Part shown: in pieces, positions 1 to 12,219 of the stretch
Numbering within the stretch: position 1 is the first letter of the stretch
Layout of the letters: every line of letters begins with the position of its first letter
Origin: Asterionella formosa
Lineage: Eukaryota
Assembly (NCBI GenBank): GCA_002256025.1
Contig: NKIB01012799.1
Location: 1 to 64,000, forward strand
Direction: 5' to 3'
Length of the DNA stretch: 64,000 nucleotides
Program-made: the position numbers and the translations under genes
The notes under the pieces: generated by a model
Databases searched by the model: none
The model's input: the letters and a program-made list of their open reading frames with translations, nothing else
Told to the model about the DNA's origin: nothing

Positions 1-1096
1 AATGGTCCGTACTCCTTCCCGCGGGTTGGGTCTCTCTTCACGTAGACTCTTACGTGATCGTAGTACTACCTAGTACCACTCACTTTCTCTCTTGTCTCTG
101 CTTCTAGCCTTCCTGCTAGATAGACTACCGGTAATTGACCTTCCTGTCAATTAACACACTGTTTCCTCGGTTGATAATCTAAATCTCAAATTAAATTATA
201 AGCTAAACTAAATGTTTCCTTTCCATGCATCTTTGCTTCCTGCAAAGTCATTCTAAGACTCTCTTCGAGTTTCCACTTAACATTTCCATAGAAATCTTCA
301 ATCTCTGATCTTGTTAGACAGCTGATTGACGTGGCAATGCAATATTTGACTCGTTCGATTACAATCGAGTCCACAATCCTTGTGACTCGGGCTAATATTC
401 TTGACACACGTTGAAATCCTGTCTCTCCTCATTTCTTTCTACATAGGAGGAACATGTGATGCCGGTATATTCGTATTATTTGATTTCCTTTGTTACCGGT
501 AATAAAATTGATGGTACAAGTGAAATTACTTCGAAGCAAGCTGTATAAAGGGGGAACCTTGTTGTCAAGGAATCTGAAGAGGTGGAAACAGAGTAGTCTA
601 TGAAGGGTAGTACTCGCAAATAGGTTTGGGAGAACAGGTGATACACTCCCAGAACATGTTTGCTGGAGTTATTCCAAATCAATTGGCATAGACAGAGATG
701 GTGACCAACAGGAACCAGGTAAATCATGTAAAATTCATACCAATGAGAAGTGTAAATGGGTGAAGATTTCTGGCATGTAGAATTTGTGGTTGGGAGTGCT
801 AGTCATTTTGGAACTTGTGTTCTTAGCAGGGCCTAATCCGGCACTACATAAGACATTGAAGACAGGTCCGACTACTGGTATTAACTGAAATACCTGTAGT
901 TTCTGTAATCAGCTGATCCATGTTTCTTCCAATATGTAGCACCTCATAACAACCCTCGCACTCAATCAATTGCTACATATCTTGCTTATCTGTGAGTCAA
1001 AAAAATCTAGCCAATCATACTTTTTTGATCATTGGAATTCCAATTCACTCACAACTCTAAATGTAAGCCCACGACATGTTCTTGAATGGCCAACGC

Positions 1097-2809
1097 CTAT
1101 CTCACATTATCTCCACGAGTAATGTGATGATGCACACGACGAGCAGAAAAACTGCATTCCGCCTCGACGGTCATATCGTCACGAAAAGTCTCATAGTTCC
1201 CACCCATCAAAGACTGTAAGGAAAGGTCTGAAAAGGACTCTTTGCAAGGAACCGGAGACGTGATCTCCCATGCTGGTGTTTCTTCCAACAGTCTTGTGCA
1301 GAATGCTTCCAACGTGGGTTGCAGGCATTCATACTCAGCCGTCACCTTTGCATAGAAAGACTCTAAGAAATCTTCCAAGTTCTGGCCGTTTTGAATGTCC
1401 TGCTCGCCTCGGAGTTTCTCCCAAAGGGTACGAAAGAGATCCTTCCCAAGGAATCGGTGACAGGGTTTAACCGATGTGCCCATAAACTGTTGGCGAGCAT
1501 AGGAGATGCAGGATCCAGGATCACCAATTTGCTTTAAAAGTGCTTCCAACCAATGTCCTTGTTTTACCATGTCACAAAAGCGCTTGTCTAACTTATCAAG
1601 AATGGAAGTAGGCCTGAAAGGAGACCATCTTTTGGTACAATAGAATCTGATAAGATTTTGAACTGGCGTATCTTTCAAGAATGGAAAGTCTGTGAAGGCA
1701 ATATTGCAATCTATCAAAATATCGCACATTTCTTGAATGTTTGTCTTTACTGTGTTCCGTCTAGCGTCGGAGCATCGAGCGTTGGTGTATAGCTTCCACA
1801 GATGTTGTACAAAGAGGTTATGAAACAGGCGATCGAAACCATCTCCACAAGGATCCATGCGTAGTAGGTAGGTCGACCAAGTCTCAATAGACGTCCCACG
1901 TAGCCTATGCTTGATGCATTCTTCAAACTCGGGAAGGAGATCGCCCTTGCGTTGACGTTCAGCACATGCTGCTTCTCGTCGCTTTTCCGGTTGAAGGTTA
2001 ATGAAAAAATCAGAAGCAGATTCGTAAATTTCGAGGATTTGGACGAATTGTTCCTCAGTTGGCGCACGGATGGATGTTAAGTAAGCTTTTGTCGCGTCCT
2101 TGATCGTGCCCTCGTCCACAGGCCCCTCAATACTTTTCAAAATCGTCAAAGCATCTGCTAGAGTTACTAGTGGACCAATACGCATACCATTAGTTTCGTG
2201 GGGGTTCTTCCACATGAAGTACCTTGGCACGAAGCCATCTGAATATTGCTTGACTGTTGTAAAACTAAAATGATCTGGCACACTCGATTTCGCTTTGCCT
2301 TCGTACATGTGAGATTGAACCTCGGCGACTGTATCGACGTTCGCTATGAACGACTTGGAGCACTTGCTGCAAAGGAATGTGCCATAGCTGGAAATCGTAG
2401 AAGTAGAAACCTTTCGATTGTCGCAATGCTCGCATCTGTTGAGCGCGAGGCAGCGAAGAATGGTAATTGGGAGGGGAATGAAGACGGTCTGTCGCTTCAG
2501 GGCGCCACAAGTTTCTCCCAGAACAGATCCGCTATCAAACAAATCGTCTCTGTACGGATGATTGAATTTGGCAGCTGATATGGCAACGTGGCGATGTGTT
2601 AAACTCGATGCAACAATAGGGATCGAACTGACAAGATTCAAGAGGTCTGTTGGAGTCAATCCGAAGTCGATTATTTGAAGAAGTATTGCTTCGATCGCGA
2701 GAGCATGATGTCTATACATCGTTTCGGAACGATAATCATCATTATGGCGGGGTTGTTTATTCTCTGCTTTCTGAGGATAAGCAGTTCGTTTGCTCATCAT
2801 GCAGAGCAA
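1097..2809 (-). CDS. Hypothetical protein (570 aa) with paired CxxC motifs (RCEHC...FLCSKC), possible Zn-binding or F-box-like N-terminus
   Basis: Long uninterrupted ORF; CxxC...CxxC pair; GGTACCA array about 45 bp upstream, as for other genes. No family recognised with confidence. Confidence 0.7.
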   Translation of the reverse strand: MLCMMSKRTAYPQKAENKQPRHNDDYRSETMYRHHALAIEAILLQIIDFGLTPTDLLNLVSSIPIVASSLTHRHVAISAAKFNHPYRDDLFDSGSVLGETCGALKRQTVFIPLPITILRCLALNRCEHCDNRKVSTSTISSYGTFLCSKCSKSFIANVDTVAEVQSHMYEGKAKSSVPDHFSFTTVKQYSDGFVPRYFMWKNPHETNGMRIGPLVTLADALTILKSIEGPVDEGTIKDATKAYLTSIRAPTEEQFVQILEIYESASDFFINLQPEKRREAACAERQRKGDLLPEFEECIKHRLRGTSIETWSTYLLRMDPCGDGFDRLFHNLFVQHLWKLYTNARCSDARRNTVKTNIQEMCDILIDCNIAFTDFPFLKDTPVQNLIRFYCTKRWSPFRPTSILDKLDKRFCDMVKQGHWLEALLKQIGDPGSCISYARQQFMGTSVKPCHRFLGKDLFRTLWEKLRGEQDIQNGQNLEDFLESFYAKVTAEYECLQPTLEAFCTRLLEETPAWEITSPVPCKESFSDLSLQSLMGGNYETFRDDMTVEAECSFSARRVHHHITRGDNVR

Positions 2810-3022
2810 TTCTTTGCTGATTTTGTTCTTTCGCTCATCATATCATTACATTCTGGTACCAGGTACCAGGTACCAAATACTCCGTATTATCTATTATCAT
2901 TCGTGATCCTTAAGATCATCATAAAGCTCTCGTGAGGAAGGGCAGAAGAATGCGGAGTTTCGGTGCTGTAGCCCAAAAATAGTAACGGTACACTACCAGT
3001 ACATACAAGCACACATAGTACT

Positions 3023-3884
3023 TACTATCATGAAAAGAGGACGCTCGTGTAAATAGCCATCTATAGCCACAAAGCATTTTTTATCCTGTACGTGAGCGAA
3101 TCATACATGCTATATTGGTGACCATGATGAAAATAGCAACTATCTCCACGAAAATTGAGAATGATGCTTTCGAATTTGGTAAATATATCAAGCACAACAT
3201 AGGCAGTACAATCATGAAGGAATTATTCTAATAGCACTATTATTGACATGGAAAATGAAATCGCCAATAGCACATTTTTTAAAGATTATTAAGGGATGCA
3301 AAAATTTTAAAACGACGATTCTACAAGCTGGCCATCCATTTCACCATTTCCATCATTGTCCCTTTTGAGGTTGCGAAGCGACCAATTAGCGATATATTAG
3401 CTATCATCGCTGTTGTGGTGTCAAGCCCTTCTTCTTATATCTATTGACTAACAAAGGGTCAACGAAAGGGGGGATTGGTCCGGAGCAGCAAACATTCCAA
3501 TCAGGGCGCAATTCTACAAAAAAGGCGAGGAAAATAAAAGTCGATCATGTCAGGTTTACCTTTTTCAAGTATAAGAACTAGAACAGATGTTATAAACACC
3601 ATTCAGTTCAGAATAATTTTTTAATGCTAGGAGGGGCTATCAGAGCTTGCGCTTCATGAGAGGCAGTGACCAAAAGTTTGGTTGCAACTATAGTACAACG
3701 AAAAAGAATTGCGTGCTAGTCATGTGAACGTGAATGGTAGTAACATAGCCACATTTCACAGGTGACATATACCTAATACCCGTGTATATTGAGCAATTCT
3801 CTATGTTGAGAGTAAGAATTAGTAATATACCGTTCTTAGTCTTTGTAGAAGGGCCTATGATATTCTTGTATTTTCATGATAGTA
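3023..3884. mobile_element. Putative MITE (~860 bp) with 14-bp TIR TACTATCATGAAAA
   Basis: TACTATCATGAAAA at 3023-3036 and its exact reverse complement TTTTCATGATAGTA at 3871-3884. CT flanks both sides (or ACTT/TA, depending on the boundary). Non-coding interior with repeated AATAGC motifs. Confidence 0.55.
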
Positions 3885-4281
3885 CTTGTATCATCTGCTT
3901 AGTAAGTAGGTCTAGCGAACTAAATATTGTACCATAGGTCACTTCACGGGGTCATCATTGAAACTGAAAGATAGCCATATGGGCTTAGCGTTTCTTCATT
4001 TGATGCGATGGTGGTATAGTTACATGTTTTAATGACTAGCTATATATTGTTGTTGGCTATCAGCTAGCTAGTTCAAAAGCAACGATAAGTAGAGGAGACA
4101 TTTGCAGTTTAAGCAACACGACGACGAGGCAGGAAAGTGTAATATTAGATGCAAATATATAATAAAAGTTAGATATTTTTGTAAATGTCATGCCACTATC
4201 ATTTCGATTACAAAGTCATTGCATACTCCTCTGGGACATATTTTAATTCCTATTTCAAATATATATATATATATATATATA

Positions 4282-4340
4282 GGGGAATGGATTAATTGGT
4301 TAGCACACCTTTGGAGGTGGCGGGTTCAATTGCTTCCCAC
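4282..4340 (+). repeat. Degenerate tRNA-derived (SINE-like) head next to an (AT)n tract
   Basis: GGGGAATGGATTAATTGGTTAGCAC...GGGTTCAATT resembles the A-box and B-box and the heads at 56643, 56952 and 62432. Confidence 0.4.
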
Positions 4341-5370
4341 ATTCTCAAAACTGCTTTCTTTATGCAGTCCTTAGGGTTCCGGGTGGTGAGGCAGAGAACA
4401 AGCAGGTCTAAGGCCCTCTGGGGGGCCAAGTGCGACTTCATAACCTCCACTATTTTGAGTTCTTCAACAATAGCATACTATAAAATTTATGTAATATTAT
4501 ATAATGTATGTAAATAAGACATGAAAAGTCTCCTTTGTGCATTGTCTTTTCACCTATTATTACCCATCAATTCTTTGGGTGTTTGGGTTTTGAGAGCTTA
4601 TGTCTTCTGTGCATCTGATCACCTCCTGGAATCTTGAAAGTTTAGTATATAAATCTGAGATTCTTTGAGAAAAGTTTGACAAAATATTTTCAGAGCAGTT
4701 TTGCGTTAAATATGCTTAATTGTTTTGCACACAAATTGAGTCGAAGAGAATGGAATTGTCATGAATGAATGTACAAGAGAATATCTGAAATATCCAAATC
4801 ATCACAATTCTCCATTATCAAAAATATTGATGAATTTGAACAACAAATGAGAGAACGGTTTTCTACTTATTTGTGCCACCACTGACAAGGGAAAGAGACT
4901 AGCTACTTAGCTACATAAATACCTGCTACCTATTAAGTGTAGCATAAAAAGAGGAAAAGTAGAGGGAGGTCCTCCAGGATGCTGTTAGTAGTAGAATCTG
5001 CTTATTAAATAGTTGAAAAGAAGTCAGAACATCTTCCATGGTGCCAGTAAAGAAGGCATCCGAAAATAGAATTTTAGAAGAAAACACCTTCAAGTATACC
5101 AGATAACCTTGTACTTTGAGGACAAAAATCGATTAAGAACGTACAAAATATTGGCAATACAAGGTATTTTCCTTTCCTGTGTGTAGTTTACATACAGTGG
5201 AGTGGCATACCGGTACATATGCGTGTACATGCACCGGTAGACCACCATGGCATTATTTTTATCTTTTGATATACCGGTATACCGCCATTCATTTTATGTA
5301 CTGGCTTAATTATCCTGATACCTCTGATCATCACTCCGCCGCTGTGCATTGTCCTTGTAATACTTCAAAC

Positions 5371-6320
5371 ATGTTGCTCCGATTGCTCTTGTTGAGCTTA
5401 CTATTCGTAACGCTGCTGATAGAAGGCGCATCGGCACAATCAGGATGGTCTGGTTGCATCAATCCTAATGATCTAAGCAGTCCCAATCTTATTACGATCG
5501 GTCAACCGACTACTATTTGTTTGACAATTGGACCTGGCGGTGCATGGGGTGGAAATCAGAAAAGTGACGGCTCGTTTGTTGGTGTAACTTATCTGCGATA
5601 CACTTGGCAGGTCACCGCAGATCAATACTCCAGGTTTCACATTCCCTATTGTAAGTGAAGATTCGAATAAAGAATAATTTTCCTTGGAATATTGGAAATA
5701 AACAGCTAACAATACATATTTGCAGCCTACGACCAATTGATTGCCAACCGAAGCACTACCGTTACTGACATTAACTTGTACAATAAAAACTTGACTGTCT
5801 TTGCTGCTTCTCAACAACTGTAAGTGTTTGTGTTGCTTGGGGTTTAAGCATGTTCCAAAATTTGTTGGTCTCATTTCGCCCTCGTCATTTTATCCCAAAA
5901 AGTCTCTCCTTTCTCCGAGTCTACTACGACGAAAAAGAAGGCCGTGTCTATCCTTTCTTGACTATGATTGTGGATGCTAAGAAAGGTGTAGTCCAAGGTA
6001 TTTCCTGGGATGACTCTTGCATCTTTTGCAGCAAGAATAAATGTCTGGAAAATATGTATAATTTCGACGGGGTTTCCTCAGTGGAGCTTGGTATTGACCA
6101 GCCAAGCAAAGGATGCTACTTTACAACGGAACAGTGCAATGTCCTTGTAAAAGAAGGAAAAACTGATTGTGATCTCACCTTTTATGTGGTGTGGACTGGA
6201 TCGGACGTGAACAACAGGCCATTCACGTCGGCGCCAAACCGATTTTCGGCCTTCCCACTTTCAAATCTTCAACAGTCCTTTAAGAATTCTTTGCCTGACA
6301 TCAATGTCCCATTTCTTTGA
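5371..6320 (+). CDS. Secreted Cys-rich hypothetical protein, 3 exons (5371-5650, 5726-5819, 5903-6320)
   Basis: Signal peptide MLLRLLLLSLLFVTLLIEGASA. GTAAGT donors at 5651 and 5820 and AG acceptors keep the frame. WDDSCIFC and CDLTFYVVWTGSD blocks. Confidence 0.75.
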
Positions 6321-6411
6321 GGAGACTGCCCAGCCGGTTTCTATGCATTTTAAAGGTGCGGGAAGAGAGTATAGTACGGGAAGAGAGTACAGTACTTCTA
6401 AATTATTATCT

Positions 6412-7407
6412 CTATGTAAATATTTGTTCTTCTTTGGGATCGTGCATATGAAGCACTCCATTTTCTTGCGCTAACTCAACTTGATGTTGGCGCTCTTCAA
6501 ATCGTTGACGTTGCCTTTCTGTAATAGTAGATACGCAAAAGGAACAACTCAGTCCTTGTCGATAATCTGCATTTTGTCGATCATTCAGTGACAAGGGATG
6601 GCGACAGGCATGACACGACGTATAGCTGGACGACGGGGCTAGTCCATGTGTCACAGCAACGCGTTGATCAAAGACGTAGCATTCCCCATGAAACATGGAC
6701 TCGCTCGCAGGTAGCGTGTCGAGATAGGCTAAAATCCCACCCTCCAAATGATAAACGGGCGTATTGGGGAAGCACAATTTGGCAATGGCAGTGCTTTTTT
6801 CACACCTGATACCCCCAGTGCAGTACATTCCGATTCGCTTCGGTTGTTTGGTGACAGCAGTCTCAAACCATTTTGGAAATTCCGAAAAGTGGGTCGTCGC
6901 GGGATTGATGGCGTTTGGAAACGCGCCAACGTATATTTCGAAGTCGTTCCTAGCATCAATAACAACACAATCTGGATCTTTCAAAAGATTATTCCATTCG
7001 GTAGGCTTCACGTACTCTCCTGATTGTTCCGTCGGGTCCACTTGTCGACCTGCCATAGTTACGATTTCTGCCTTGACCTTGACCTTGAGCCGGGCGAACA
7101 CATGGCATCTATGTGCGGATAGTCGAGTCTTCAGGCCAGGAAATGCCTGCTCGAAAAATTGTAGGAGCACATCATGCTCTCCATGCATTGGGTAAGAAAT
7201 GGTTCCGTTGATCCCTTCCGGAGCAATCAGGATGCACCCTCGAGCATGATGGGCTCGACAGGTTCGTTCGATTTCCACTTGCAGAGATGCGAGCTGGCTA
7301 TTCTGAAGTTTGGGAGCGACGAATCTGTAAAGTGCCAGAATTTGGTAATGGCTTTGTTCTTGTGCTTGTTTCATCTGCAACTGTGGTATCACTAGCTGCT
7401 GGTCCAT
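6412..7407 (-). CDS. trhO: Rhodanese-domain tRNA U34 hydroxylase TrhO / UPF0176 family
   Basis: EGINGT, DARNDFE, MYCTGGIRCEK, HLEGGILAY and CYVFDQR motifs, plus a C-terminal CHACR...SCSFC. Confidence 0.9.
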   Translation of the reverse strand: MDQQLVIPQLQMKQAQEQSHYQILALYRFVAPKLQNSQLASLQVEIERTCRAHHARGCILIAPEGINGTISYPMHGEHDVLLQFFEQAFPGLKTRLSAHRCHVFARLKVKVKAEIVTMAGRQVDPTEQSGEYVKPTEWNNLLKDPDCVVIDARNDFEIYVGAFPNAINPATTHFSEFPKWFETAVTKQPKRIGMYCTGGIRCEKSTAIAKLCFPNTPVYHLEGGILAYLDTLPASESMFHGECYVFDQRVAVTHGLAPSSSYTSCHACRHPLSLNDRQNADYRQGLSCSFCVSTITERQRQRFEERQHQVELAQENGVLHMHDPKEEQIFT

Positions 7408-9021
7408 GGATGGAGTGCTTTAGTGCTTGGTGATGGATGACAAGTGTCAATAAATAGCTATTCCGTGATTTACACTGCTGGTGTGCGATTCACGATGTAA
7501 TGCTACTGGTAGTATCATTATTCCGCCGTGGCCGTTGCCGTACCAGGTACAAATGGTACCTGGTACCAGGACCTGAATACTGAATACTAAATGGTAAAAA
7601 GTACGAGCAAATTGACGGCTACGTATTGACAGTGGTGCATGCCTGGACGAAAGGAAAAGTGCAATGATGTCATGGCGAACTGCTTGGTGGCTGGCTGGAC
7701 TCCATGGTGACTTGTGGCAAAGAATTTGGCTGGTGTTCTGAGAATAATTCAAATCAACAAATCTCATCATTAAATCATTACAGAATCATTGTAATAACCT
7801 AATATTGACAACGAAAATTGAAGTTACCAATGGTGCAATTTCTCATGTAATTCAGAGATGCACAATTCAAAATGGCAATGTTTTACACAGATTTGACACT
7901 TTCACATTTGCTGCACAACAAATACGACGACTAAACAACAACATGATAAGTTGAAGCAAAAGGTGTAAAAAAGATGATTTATCAACTGAGAATTGATTGG
8001 TTGTACCAATGCAGGTATTGTCGCCTCTGAAACATGCACAGAAGCATCAAAGATTGGGAGCTGTGGTACTACAAGTTGTTTATGTGAGCCACTTGTCAAA
8101 GCCAGCAAGATGAAGGCCCATCAGAAGGAACTCAGAAAGGTGAAGGACCATGGTAGTAACGCTATGAGGGTAAGATTTTAAAATACTATTTACCAGTATT
8201 CTATCTTCATTAGCCATCAGTCATGATTCTGGTTAAAATTATAAGTATGAACCTGCAAGAGCTATATTGGGTAGTTGGTATGATGACACTTTCAGTTACA
8301 AATTTCAAATCCCAATGACTTTGCATTGACCAGTGTACCGGTAGCTCAGTTGAAAAGGAGTGTATAAAACATGCACTAATGGACCACTGTCGAAGTGTGT
8401 TACCAGGGTACCTCATGCCTCATGCCAGCCAGCCAGCCGGAGATACCTTATACAAGTACTACCAGGTACCTTGAACGTACCAGGAGAACCTGGTACCGGT
8501 AGTAGGGTCTATGTAGGGAACCAGGTACCTTTTACCAGTACTCCGTACCTGGTAGCAGGTCTCCCTCTACTCCTTGTGGCGTTCCCTTGGATAAGGATTT
8601 AGTAGAGTACCGGTATGATGGAAAGTGCGGACGCAATCAAGAACCCCGCTGGCAGAGTCAATCGGGTGTGTTGGCTTACAGTAGTCTACGGTGCTTGTAC
8701 CAGCCACCAGGTGGTACTTGGTACCTGTACTGTATATGTATCATGCATACATCATGTGTACCGGTAGGTACATACAAGGTCTTGGTCTATGTGCACTTTT
8801 TACTCATTGAGGTGTTCCTTCCATGCCGTACCAGATACCTGGTACTTTCCTTATGGTACCGGTAGGCACTATATGCTGTGGAGGCAGGATAGTAGTGTGT
8901 GGTGGCGGTGTTTGAGCCATTTAGAATCTGATTCCATCAGAGATTGCGATTCGCAAAGCCTCCCGTCTATCTTTTCTCTTCATTCGTCGTTGCGTGTGAG
9001 ATCCTATACCTAACGACAGCC

Positions 9022-11620
9022 ATGAGCTCCAAAAAAGAGATTTCGAAACCGAAAGGGTACGTTTTCCGTCGGCGTGGTGGACGACCTACCGGCGTAGCTT
9101 CTACGGTGGAAACGTACGGAGGCATTGGAATCAGAAGCAGATCGATGCGAATTTTCCCATGAACGTCGGCAGCAGCTTGACGTTTCAGAGGCACGCAACA
9201 AATGCAAGCAATCAGCAAGCAGGGTGCGGCCGGCGAAGGAGATGTATTTGTTGAGCCCGTTTGCATATTTCGCCCGCCGAAAACGTCGACTCACCCACGC
9301 TTCTCGTCTTGTCCATGAACTCTTACAGATCAACCACCAACGGCGCCGGAGGAAAGCCAACACCAAACGCATGGTCCCGACCCCTAAAGACTCGCCCCCC
9401 TCCTGGTCTGGTCGTCCCAGACAAGGCCAAATCGCTTAAGGAGCAAATTTTGCGCGAACGATTCCTTCACCTTTCCTTGAGTTTGGTGGGCCAAAAGGTC
9501 ACTTTGACACAAACGAATGGAGCGGTTTTGGATGGAATCTTTCATACCTTCACACCTTTTGACTCTCAACCTGACGACAAACGGAATAAATACGTGCTAA
9601 AAGCAGTACAAGTTATTGCTCCAGGGTCGGCAGATTTTAGTTCGCTTGAAAAAGGCAGCACTGTCATTATTCCAGCTGAAAAGGTGGCCTTTATCCATGT
9701 CAAATCGATGCGCTTGGAGGCTGTCAATGGTAGTAAAGAAGGCTTCCGAACAGACACCGAAATTTCATCACAGCAAAGCACGAAGGGTAGAGAATTGGTA
9801 TCGGCAGGAAACGCTTGGACAAACACTGCAGCAACTGCAGGAAACGCGAGAGCAGAGGCACTCGTAGGCGGATTGGAAGGATGCGCTCGTAAACAGCCAA
9901 GCACAACGCCTCTCCGTGGAAATATTGGTGAATGGGATCAGTTCAGAGCAAACGAAGAGCTCTTCGACGTTAGAGCTACTTACGATGAGAATTTGTACAC
10001 AACTGAGTTGGACAAGTCATCAATTGATCGGTCAAAACTGAAGGAGGCAGAGCGTTTAGCTCGTGAGATTGAATCCACTATGTCAACCAATATTCATGTG
10101 GCCGAGGAGAGAAATCAAGTGATTGGAGGGGACTTTGACGAGGAAGATCGGTATTCTGGGGTCTTGGACAGCAACCTGGTAGCGCGAAACAAAGATAGCC
10201 CGAAAAAGATGAATTACGCGGCCGCTGCAGCCAAGGCCAAAGTGGATACGAATAAACCTGCCCCTCCTGGTTTCGTGAAGGTGAAGGACGAAGAAGAGAA
10301 GAAGGAGACAAAGGAATCGTTCACATCGACCAAGGGAGCAGAGTCGCCAACAGCGATCAGCACCACGAAAGAAGAAATGCCGGCGGACGAAATAAAAGCT
10401 ATCGAGGAAATCAAGGACGATCCAGAAGGAGAAACTTCGCAAGCTACTGAAAGTAATACAATGGACAGTGTTGTGCCGAAAGCTGAGAAGGAAGAATCAA
10501 AGGATACCGAAAAGCAAGAGGCAAAGGCTGATGCTCCCAAACCCTCGTTGAACCCAGAAGCGAAATCCTTTAGCTTCAATCCTGGAGCAAAGACATTTAC
10601 CCCTACTTTTGGTAATGCCCCCGTTCCGGTACAAGCTCATGAGCTACAAATGATTGATCCGAGCACAGGAATGGCAATCATGCCCCACCATATGATGGGG
10701 TACTTACCTCATCCATCAATGGGTCAACCAGGTAAGAAGTTTTTTTAATTCAAAGTTTCTGTTCTCCCTCTTTGCTTTCGTTGTCTAACCAATCTTTCAG
10801 GTATGATGCAAATGATGAATCCTCAGTTCGCAACAATGCGATTTCCCGGACCATACCCGGGAATGGAACAGCACATGGGTCATGTTCTTCCACATCACCA
10901 GCCACAGCACCAGATGATGCCTGGTCAAATGCCTTTGTTTGTCCCGCCAATGCAAGATGGTAGTGCAATTTCCCCACCCATTGGGGATGACGAGACTCAG
11001 GCAGGAGAAGGCCAACCACCTCTCCAACAGCAACAATCCCAGCCGCCACCTCCACAGCCGGGAATACCCATGCAATACCCGCCAAATCCATACTACACAG
11101 GAGGGATGCAAATGCACCCTGGACAGCCAAGGGGACCACAAATGGGTGGATATCATCCTCAAATGGTAGGAGCACCTCAGCAAATACCGGTATGTTCTAT
11201 CCCTTGTTATGCAGTCACCCTTTGCTTGCAATCCACAACTAACATCATTCTTACCACAAACAGGGTGTAACAGGGCGCAATCCTTACCAACAAATGTATG
11301 GCATGCCGCAACCACCTCCTCAGATGCTGGGACCCAACGGTGCACCTTACTATGTATCTCCACCGCAACTGTATCCGCATTACATGATGGATGACGAGTA
11401 CCGTGGAGGTAGAGGGGGTCGTGGTCGTGGAATCAGTGGGCGAAGGAAACCCAATGGCAGAGGGGGACGAGGTGGCCGTGGTTATCAAAACACTTACAAC
11501 CCCAACAGCGGACGGCACACCCCGCAGAATGGTCCTCCAAATCCTGATGAACAACCACCTGGCTCATCATCACGAGAGGGGGAGACGTCAGAGCTAAACC
11601 AAGATTCCATTGCAGAGTAA
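9022..11620 (+). CDS. ATXN2: Ataxin-2/Pbp1-like protein (LSm, LsmAD, PAM2, Q/P-rich, RGG); exons 9022-9056, 9329-10731, 10801-11189, 11264-11620
   Basis: FRTDTEIS; LsmAD motifs WDQFRANEELF..TYDENLYTT.LD and DEEDRYSGV; PAM2 SLNPEAKSF. All introns are GT-AG and in frame. Confidence 0.9.
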
Positions 11621-12219
11621 TATCAGAAAAAGAAATTAACAACATAAAGATCACGTAAAGCTATAAATTAATCAATCTACTGCAATGTGCATGTCTGAAT
11701 TTTTCTTCAGAATCGCAATCATCATTCCTAGTAAGAAGCATTCGAATTTGTCAGAGACGGTGAGAATATAAGTCAAAGTTTGGTTCGGCAAGAATTCCCT
11801 TCCACAGTATCAGCATTGCCACAAGCAAAGCTTTGCATGAGCAGTGCGCCGCCTTCCAACAAATTGTGTTGAAATTGTCTTGGGTCTCTTGCCCAATGCC
11901 CGACTGCTCGATCGAACTTATTAAATGCATCTGAGTATGCATACAGGCCATCGGGCAAATGTATGTTCGAATGATTTGCTAAATGACAAATGATATTTGT
12001 TCAAGTCGGTGTTCCATCCGGCTTGTGATGCTCCATCCCGACCTAGAGTGAGACACTCTGATTCCATGCCAACTGATGTATGATACAAATGGAGGAGATG
12101 TGACCAAATTATCAAACGTGATTGATTGCAACTTGGAATCAGTTGAAGTGGAATCATATTCACCCATAAATGGGGAATGTCTTTAGAATCGCCAACAAAT
12201 TAAGTATTCCAGTCACTTT

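Noticed and set aside
1..1000. Short minus-strand ORFs at the window start
   Set aside because: No recognisable motifs or coherent splice model; cannot classify.
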